Positions 6,282 to 11,576 of a stretch of 11,576 nt of DNA are shown here, in pieces. The stretch is taken from IMG/VR virus record IMGVR_UViG_2974724996_000001, positions 64,001 to 75,576 of that record; one strand, 5' to 3'. The first letter of the stretch is position 1; every line of letters starts with the position of its first letter. The notes beneath the pieces were generated by a model. It saw only the letters and a program-made list of their open reading frames with translations. It did not search any database and was not told the origin of the DNA. The position numbers and the translations under genes were made by a program. The stretch comes from Oliverunavirus OLIVR1 (taxonomy: Duplodnaviria; Heunggongvirae; Uroviricota; Caudoviricetes; Schitoviridae).

Positions 6282-7666
6282 TCGTACCTAAAGTAAATGT
6301 CACCTTCTGTACCGAAATCATCGGTAGGTGCTGAAGTTCCGTAATAGAAGTTCTTAGCAGCAGCAGTGCCTACGTCAGTAGGCTGAAGTGCTGTATCTGC
6401 TTTGTCCCCTTGCTCGGTAGTAGCTTTATCCGCCAAAGCATCTGCAATGGCTCCTGAAGCCACCATATCAGCTTCAGATTTATTTGCTACATTCGCAAGA
6501 CCTACATCAGATTTATTCAGAACAACTGAACCAGTTTTTCCATTTACAGAAGTAACCTGATCAGAGCTATCAATTTTATCCCATGCAGTTCCGTTGGATA
6601 CAATCCAATCACCAACAGACCAATCAGAGACTCCATCGATAGGGGTAGTGCCTGTTACAGAGACAACATAATACCAGCCTTTATTTGCTGCGTCGGCAAT
6701 AGGTATTGCAGGAGTATTTGTATCTGCATCCCATAGACCTTTGAAATTCATCGCACCAATCAAGGACTCATTGATCTGAGACAGGGGTACCTTACCGTTA
6801 TTATCCAGACTTGCGTAACCATTAGCCTGCCCCTTAGCAGAAGCATCTTGTTTATCTGCCAAGGTGTTATTGATATTAGTTATTGCAGTATTGAGTCCGG
6901 TAATAGTGGACATACTCTGTGAACCGGTATGATTTCCACGATCATACACGTTTGCTGAGATGTTGTTCGGATCGTAGGTGGCAGATTGCATATCACCTGA
7001 ACCAGAACCAGAAGCACCTCTGATATTAGTAGCAAGAGCAATATCTGCCGTTAATCCATCAGGGGAAACATACAATCCTATCGTTGGCTTATCACCGGTA
7101 CCGCCTATCCAGTTAATCACCTGTTGGACGATACGAGCACCAGAGATAACGTTCGCAAAAATCGGTGTCCATGAACTCTGCCCAGAAGGAAGAGTCAAGT
7201 TCAGTATCTGATTGGGAGTTTCACCGGTGATCGTAGCAGCAGCAGGACCGTTAGTGACCGTGCCAATAGCCAGTGAATTAACTGGAGCAGCAGGGATACC
7301 AAAATGCAGAATAGAAGTTTCTGGATCATAATCAGCTGTTGCAGCAGTTCCGGGAGGAAGCATACTTGCATTTGCAGTGATGTCTGAAAGCAAATCTTCC
7401 TGAATAGCTTCAACGGCTGCAAGAGCAGTCTCGGCTCTACCGGCTGCTTCTACAGCTTGATCCTTGGCTCCAACGATTTCAGGAAACTGAGGGATATAAG
7501 GAATAATCTCAGCAAGGCTATCTACGTTATCCCCTACAGTTTTGATACTGTCCATATTGGAGGCAACGTATTTGACCACATCGTAAGATGTGCGGAGAAT
7601 TTTATCCACAACCAGTTCCGGTTGAATTGCTCCAGAAGGGGTTTGAAAAGTATTGCGGGAAGCCAT
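6278..7666 (-). CDS. Tail fibre / appendage stalk protein A1
   Basis: QPELVVDKILRTSYDVVKYVA motif, the same fibre motifs as A2 and terminal GTSAPTDDFGTEGDIYFRY. Sits directly after the gp67-like gene, the usual position of N4-like fibre genes. Confidence 0.85.
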   Translation of the reverse strand: MASRNTFQTPSGAIQPELVVDKILRTSYDVVKYVASNMDSIKTVGDNVDSLAEIIPYIPQFPEIVGAKDQAVEAAGRAETALAAVEAIQEDLLSDITANASMLPPGTAATADYDPETSILHFGIPAAPVNSLAIGTVTNGPAAATITGETPNQILNLTLPSGQSSWTPIFANVISGARIVQQVINWIGGTGDKPTIGLYVSPDGLTADIALATNIRGASGSGSGDMQSATYDPNNISANVYDRGNHTGSQSMSTITGLNTAITNINNTLADKQDASAKGQANGYASLDNNGKVPLSQINESLIGAMNFKGLWDADTNTPAIPIADAANKGWYYVVSVTGTTPIDGVSDWSVGDWIVSNGTAWDKIDSSDQVTSVNGKTGSVVLNKSDVGLANVANKSEADMVASGAIADALADKATTEQGDKADTALQPTDVGTAAAKNFYYGTSAPTDDFGTEGDIYFRYE

Positions 7667-8382
7667 TAAATAAACCCTCTCTTATGGAAGACCGTATTAG
7701 TGGTCGAGATCGTCTGACTAGCCAAATCCTTATCTTCAATGTTAACACAATTCAATTCATAATAGCTCATAAGCTCTTGACTTTTGGCTACATGTTCTTG
7801 GCCGGTCATAGAACTAAAGACCTTGGCAGCAACATAATTGTGCAGAGCATCCTCAAAAAAGAAAGGCAATATTATTTCTTGGTTCTCACGTTCGTTATCC
7901 GTAATGTCCCATTTGATAACAGGATGACGTGCTCTATACCCAACGGATAAAGCCACTCCTAGTTTAGGACGAGGAACCTGTAGTACGTGAGGCTGAGGAG
8001 TAAAAAGAGAGTACTGGTGTTCCACGTCATTAATAGGGAACTGATACCCTGTAAAATCTTGAACACTGGTTATTTGAATAACATCATCAGTAAATTTATC
8101 ATGTAATCCATCTTTGATAAATCTCTCTATCTCAGCGGAGTCATCATTCATTTCTGCGAAGCGAGCTTCTAAAGGATATAGAGTCCTGTTCCCAGACAAC
8201 TCAATCAAGACATCTTTACTTAGAAGTTCAAAACGAGAGTAGATGGCAAGGAGGGCAGAATTGATATTCACTACCAACTTGCCTTTCCATTTATCCATAA
8301 TCGTTCCATCGCCTTCATTGCTCATCGCAAGGTTGGACAACTCACCCATCGATAGCTGAGAGAACAATTCAGACAGCTTCAT
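7666..8382 (-). CDS. N4 gp67-like conserved virion protein (possible head-tail adaptor)
   Basis: 238 aa, immediately downstream of TerL as in N4-like genomes. MKLSELF..LS.GELSN N-terminus; ALHNYVAAKVFSSM..H..KS..LM..YE..C C-terminus. GGAG SD; TAATG overlap with the fibre gene. The adaptor role is inference. Confidence 0.75.
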   Translation of the reverse strand: MKLSELFSQLSMGELSNLAMSNEGDGTIMDKWKGKLVVNINSALLAIYSRFELLSKDVLIELSGNRTLYPLEARFAEMNDDSAEIERFIKDGLHDKFTDDVIQITSVQDFTGYQFPINDVEHQYSLFTPQPHVLQVPRPKLGVALSVGYRARHPVIKWDITDNERENQEIILPFFFEDALHNYVAAKVFSSMTGQEHVAKSQELMSYYELNCVNIEDKDLASQTISTTNTVFHKRGFI

Positions 8383-8396
8383 TATTACTACTCCGA

Positions 8397-9998
8397 TTAG
8401 ACAACATATGACTGTAAAGGACTGTTCTCTGGTTCTGGTACATCGTCCTCAAAGACGTTGTTCCCATCCTCATCTTTGATGTTGCCGCTGTCGTCAGACG
8501 GTTTCCAAGGTGTGAGGTACCCAAGCATTGAGACGGTATCTACGCAGTCGTCTTTACCTTTGATCCCGTTAATTGTTACCAGTTTTATTTGCCCAAGGAA
8601 ATGGCCCATGATCACACTGGTTCTTAATTCTTCAGGCCAGTAGAATTTTCCTGATTTGAACCAAGGAACAACAATATTAAAGCGTTCTAGTTTATTAGTA
8701 ACAGGACGGATACCTGGCTCATTAGACTTCGAATTCGAAGCAAAGGTGAACCACACATTTCGATTTTGCATCTCTTGCTGTAGCCATTTAATAAAGCCGC
8801 CTTGCTGACCTGAGATTTCAACACCAACAGACTGCGGACGATACATAGCTACTAGTCGAAATAGATCATTGATGTTCTTATCCATAGTCTGCTTTGCACA
8901 GATACCATCGACCCAGAACCAATCACCATTAGCATTATACGCCCATACACTAATCACCGAGAAGTCAGAACGTTCTTTGTCCGTGGTGGCAAAGTCCGTG
9001 GTGATATAAAAGTTATAGGCGCTCTTACGCTTTAGGAGATTGACGCGAGAGTACCACTGGATTTCTGCATCTTGTACCAGACGTTCATCATCAGAGGACA
9101 ATCGAAGCATAAGCTCCTGCATGAAGGATGCTACATGACCTGTTGTTACAGCCAGATCATATTCAGCCTTGATACGTGAGTAAGGAAAGCGGTCAGGCCA
9201 TGCCCCTACGAAGTCTTCTTCTGCACAGGGGAACTGTTCACAAACAGGATACACCGAAGCATCCCAACCACCGGACTCAACAGCAGTAACGAGGGGATCT
9301 TCTTTATTGAACGGCGTACCGTTGAAGATGACCTTTCGTTTTGTTGGATCGAGAGCGTGGCGAACACCCTTGTAAATCGTATCATTGATCGACTGAATTG
9401 CCGTAGGAGATCGAGCGTCATCATCCGACATCAAGTCATCGAGCACTACAAGCTTAGGGCGTTTGCCAAAAATCTTTGTACCACGAAGACCGGTCTTAGC
9501 ACCGAATAGTTTGGCAGCAAATCGCTGGCCATCCTTATTGGCTGACTCCCAATACTTTTCTGTGAAGTGCATCTCCGGAACCCATTCCTGAAGGAATTCC
9601 GAGTTGTCATAGCGAAACTCAGTATTCTTTCTGGCAGAGGCTACACCATTCTCCATGCTATCAGAGACATAGAGCATAGACTCAACTGGTCCGAAATTTG
9701 GTAACCAACCAAATGTAGCAAGGAACAGGTAGAAGTATTCCATGAACAGGGTGGTCTTGGCAGCACCACGAAAGATAAGGTTCGCTACATTCTCTGAACC
9801 AGAGCAGGCACGGTCAAGCATCTGTAGATGGACCGGAGGAGTTTTATTATCTTCCGGATTATTGCCATTAACTAGTTTAATAAAGTTCATGAAAAACAAG
9901 GAGAACTCGCCGGGAACGTAAGTTCCGTTAGCAAGGTCCGTGTAGTCCACGTTGTTCAACCAGTCATCAAGAGTCTTCTTGACAAGGATGGTGGTCAT
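8397..9998 (-). CDS. terL: Terminase large subunit (N4 gp68-like)
   Basis: Walker A-like IFRGAAKTT, Walker B VVLDD, coupling motif GTP, RNase H-like nuclease acidic residues (TTDFA, SDFSV, KDDCVDTVS). 533 aa with no obvious intein or intron. Confidence 0.95.
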   Translation of the reverse strand: MTTILVKKTLDDWLNNVDYTDLANGTYVPGEFSLFFMNFIKLVNGNNPEDNKTPPVHLQMLDRACSGSENVANLIFRGAAKTTLFMEYFYLFLATFGWLPNFGPVESMLYVSDSMENGVASARKNTEFRYDNSEFLQEWVPEMHFTEKYWESANKDGQRFAAKLFGAKTGLRGTKIFGKRPKLVVLDDLMSDDDARSPTAIQSINDTIYKGVRHALDPTKRKVIFNGTPFNKEDPLVTAVESGGWDASVYPVCEQFPCAEEDFVGAWPDRFPYSRIKAEYDLAVTTGHVASFMQELMLRLSSDDERLVQDAEIQWYSRVNLLKRKSAYNFYITTDFATTDKERSDFSVISVWAYNANGDWFWVDGICAKQTMDKNINDLFRLVAMYRPQSVGVEISGQQGGFIKWLQQEMQNRNVWFTFASNSKSNEPGIRPVTNKLERFNIVVPWFKSGKFYWPEELRTSVIMGHFLGQIKLVTINGIKGKDDCVDTVSMLGYLTPWKPSDDSGNIKDEDGNNVFEDDVPEPENSPLQSYVV

Positions 9999-10732
9999 TC
10001 TTCGATTTCCTCTGCATGAACCAATCTTGAAGCAGCTACGTCAATGGTCTTCATGGTTCCCATCTCAATTGCCGTTTTTTGGGTTTGAGCCAATTGGGTA
10101 ATAGCCTGAGTCAGTGCAGCCATGCCCTGCTGGTCCTGTTCACCTAGATTGATGTTAATACCCTTTGCAGCCTCTGGCTTCTTTAGATGGGTGAGCAAAC
10201 TATTCGCTGCTTCAGTTCGTACCTTCTCACTATCAGCACTGCGCATCAGTTCGAATTGGACGTTAAGCGCCTCTTGATACATATGCTGATTGAGTACCCA
10301 AGAAGGAACGAGCGACTGCTCAAGAATAAGATTGACCAGTTTCCCTTTCTTATAAATAGAGACGTAGCTCGATATCGTTTTTTCGGGTGTGCCGTTCGCC
10401 ACCAATGCCGTGTAGCGATCTGGGAACGTCTTGGCATATGAGTCCTTATCTGTATAGCCCATGAGCTTAAAGCTCACGAAGGCAACGGCTGCAAGGTAAT
10501 CGTCTGTCTTGAACTTGCCTTCTTTCAGCACAGCTGTATAGCTGACAAAGTTCCTTTGGATATGATCTCTGACAATAGGGTCAGTAGTTATACCATTAAG
10601 CTTATCTACATAATCCTGGGTAATAGATGCCCTAAGAGTAGTAGGTACAGCGCTCTTGACCTCTTCGAGTGTCAACAGATCTTCATCCGTAACCGGAATA
10701 GGAGATGAGAAGGGAGCAGAAGGAACACTCAT
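9995..10732 (-). CDS. N4 gp69-like conserved protein (possible terminase small subunit)
   Basis: 245 aa directly upstream of TerL with an ATGA overlap. Motifs SY..VLKEGKFK.DDY..AV.FVS.KLMG, FPDRY..LV and VRTEAANSLLTHLK.PE recalled from N4-like gp69. The TerS role is inferred from synteny. Confidence 0.75.
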   Translation of the reverse strand: MSVPSAPFSSPIPVTDEDLLTLEEVKSAVPTTLRASITQDYVDKLNGITTDPIVRDHIQRNFVSYTAVLKEGKFKTDDYLAAVAFVSFKLMGYTDKDSYAKTFPDRYTALVANGTPEKTISSYVSIYKKGKLVNLILEQSLVPSWVLNQHMYQEALNVQFELMRSADSEKVRTEAANSLLTHLKKPEAAKGININLGEQDQQGMAALTQAITQLAQTQKTAIEMGTMKTIDVAASRLVHAEEIEE

Positions 10733-10741
10733 AATTTAACT

Positions 10742-10772
10742 CTTGATCTAGAGTAGATATTCATCGTATTGA
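10742..10772 (+). promoter_or_regulatory. Candidate sigma70-type promoter driving an intergenic RNA
   Basis: CTTGATCT-N17-TATTGA; the same motif with identical spacing occurs at 11535-11565 (CTTGACCT-N17-TATTGA). Confidence 0.55.
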
Positions 10773-10778
10773 TTGTGT

Positions 10779-10879
10779 ACGGTTGTAGTCACAAGACTCC
10801 CGTACTGATCGAGTTTTGATGGGTTAGCTCAGGTCAGGTTAAAGCCCACGGTGCTCCTTACACCGTGGGCTTTTCTTTT
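10779..10879 (+). ncRNA. Predicted ~100-nt structured small RNA
   Basis: Bounded by the candidate promoter and a terminator whose long U-tract is on the plus strand. Three consecutive hairpins (about 10777-10805, 10805-10837, 10841-10873). No plus-strand ORF with an RBS. The 5' end is estimated. Confidence 0.55.
10841..10879 (+). terminator. Intrinsic terminator, strongest on the plus strand and probably bidirectional
   Basis: AAAGCCCACGGTG-CTCCTTA-CACCGTGGGCTTT, a perfect 13-bp inverted repeat whose right arm runs into TTTTCTTTT (10871-10879). The minus strand has only TTT after the GC stem. Confidence 0.85.
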
Positions 10880-11444
10880 AACAATTACTAACATAATTAT
10901 GTGAGTAATCAATCCGCTTCTTGAGGATGGTCAAGTAGCTCTCCATAGATACGATCTGCTGACGATGGAGTTGCTGGGCTTCCCAGTCCAAGGCACTAAA
11001 CGTAGGTGTGGTAGTAAACATCTTGGCTTTATCAAGCTTGTCCTCAAGCTCTGCGGCTTCCTTTTGCATTTGACCAACGAATGTATCAGCACTAGAACGG
11101 TATAGGTCCTCACGAAGACTATACCCCATGAAAGCCCAAACCTTTTTCTTGGCATCTTCGTAAGCCAAACGATTACCGATATCTGCATTGTAGTTGTTCG
11201 GGTCTGCACAGGCAGATTGTCCCGTAACAGTGAAGCCATTCTTCAGAACCAGAACGCAGAAGGTGAGGACGCCCAGTTCCGGAGTCAGAGGGATTTGGTT
11301 ATCCGGGTCTGCGATATTACCTTGTTCTAGTACACGTAAAACATTAAAGCAGTATTCAGCTTTAATATTATCCAGCAAAGCTACTTCAGTAACCCGAGGA
11401 GCTACGGCTTTGCTGATGAGTTCTTTTTCGGTGACAGGTTGCAT
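10878..11444 (-). CDS. Two-domain protein: N4 Gp49/Sf6 gp66 family domain + C-terminal helical (crAss001_48-like) domain; candidate anti-defence sponge
   Basis: aa 1-116: APRVT...LTFCVLVLKNGFTVTGQSACADP.NYNADIG..LAY..A..KVW..MGY. aa 120-180: MQ.E..EL..KL.K...F.....F..L....Q.L..QQ...M..Y...L..RI. AAAGG SD. Confidence 0.85.
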   Translation of the reverse strand: MQPVTEKELISKAVAPRVTEVALLDNIKAEYCFNVLRVLEQGNIADPDNQIPLTPELGVLTFCVLVLKNGFTVTGQSACADPNNYNADIGNRLAYEDAKKKVWAFMGYSLREDLYRSSADTFVGQMQKEAAELEDKLDKAKMFTTTPTFSALDWEAQQLHRQQIVSMESYLTILKKRIDYSHNYVSNC

Positions 11445-11482
11445 GATCTCAATGCCTTTCTTTGGCGGGGTTAGACAAATAA

Positions 11483-11513
11483 CTTATAGGTCTCATTTAG
11501 GTAATAATGCAAG
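11483..11513 (-). promoter_or_regulatory. Candidate sigma70-type promoter for the Gp49-family gene
   Basis: Minus strand CTTGCATT-N17-TATAAG (TTGCAT-N18-TATAAG), ending 38 nt upstream of the ATG at 11444. Same C-to-T spacing as the two plus-strand candidates. Confidence 0.6.
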
Positions 11514-11534
11514 AGCCTTTTTGATTTGACCCCC

Positions 11535-11565
11535 CTTGACCTGATCAAGGGAACGGGTCTATTGA
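11535..11565 (+). promoter_or_regulatory. Candidate sigma70-type promoter firing rightwards out of the window
   Basis: CTTGACCT-N17-TATTGA, back-to-back with the minus-strand candidate and overlaid by an inverted repeat. Confidence 0.5.
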
Positions 11566-11576
11566 ATACTTACACC

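Larger units (their letters stand above)
2717..7666 (-). repeat. Ancient tandem duplication of a two-gene fibre+adhesin module (5205-7666 and 2717-5190)
   Basis: Protein-level collinearity, e.g. NHTGSQSMSTITGL and WDKIDSSDQV are identical in both A genes, while many third codon positions differ. Confidence 0.85.

Noticed and set aside
2717-7666. Diversity-generating retroelement or invertible shufflon
   Set aside because: No reverse transcriptase or recombinase in the window, no near-identical template/variable repeat pair with A-specific mismatches, and no inverted crossover sites seen. The paralogs differ at many synonymous positions.
8397-9998. Intein or intron in terL
   Set aside because: Continuous 533-aa ORF of typical N4-like size with no splicing motifs noticed.
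10748-10792. 14-codon minus-strand mini-ORF (MTTTVHNQYDEYLL) and a 6-codon ORF at 10829-10849 behind the TAAGGAG loop
   Set aside because: Both have GTG starts only 4 nt from the SD, the second start is buried in the terminator stem, and neither peptide is toxin-like. Not supportable without ribosome profiling.
10931-11239. 102-aa alternate-frame ORF and the other short nested or antisense ORFs in the track
   Set aside because: They overlap well-supported genes, lack convincing SDs and show no recognisable motifs.
1-11576. tRNA, rRNA, CRISPR array, integrase or IS element
   Set aside because: No cloverleaf, repeat-spacer array, or transposase/integrase motifs found by eye.

Overview
Late-gene block from an N4-like podophage genome (Schitoviridae-type gene order). 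The host is probably an alphaproteobacterium; this is inferred from the endolysin architecture and promoter style. Reading the minus strand from right to left: a stand-alone two-domain Gp49/Sf6-gp66-family gene, N4 gp69-like protein, terminase large subunit, N4 gp67-like virion protein, two tandem paralogous [tail fibre + separate Gly-rich gp38-like adhesin] modules, a DUF3380 muramidase endolysin with a PG-binding domain and C-terminal TM helix, and overlapping i-/o-spanins. A plus-strand thyA follows, head-to-head with a truncated single-TM gene (possible holin) that the ORF track missed. The most notable points are: (1) a predicted ~100-nt three-hairpin plus-strand small RNA (about 10779-10879) with a candidate promoter, a terminator and an anti-Shine-Dalgarno loop; (2) the Gp49-family fusion gene, a candidate dual nucleotide-signal sponge for anti-defence; (3) the duplicated fibre/adhesin modules; (4) thyA splitting the lysis region. 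All family assignments come from motif recognition by eye; no searches were run.
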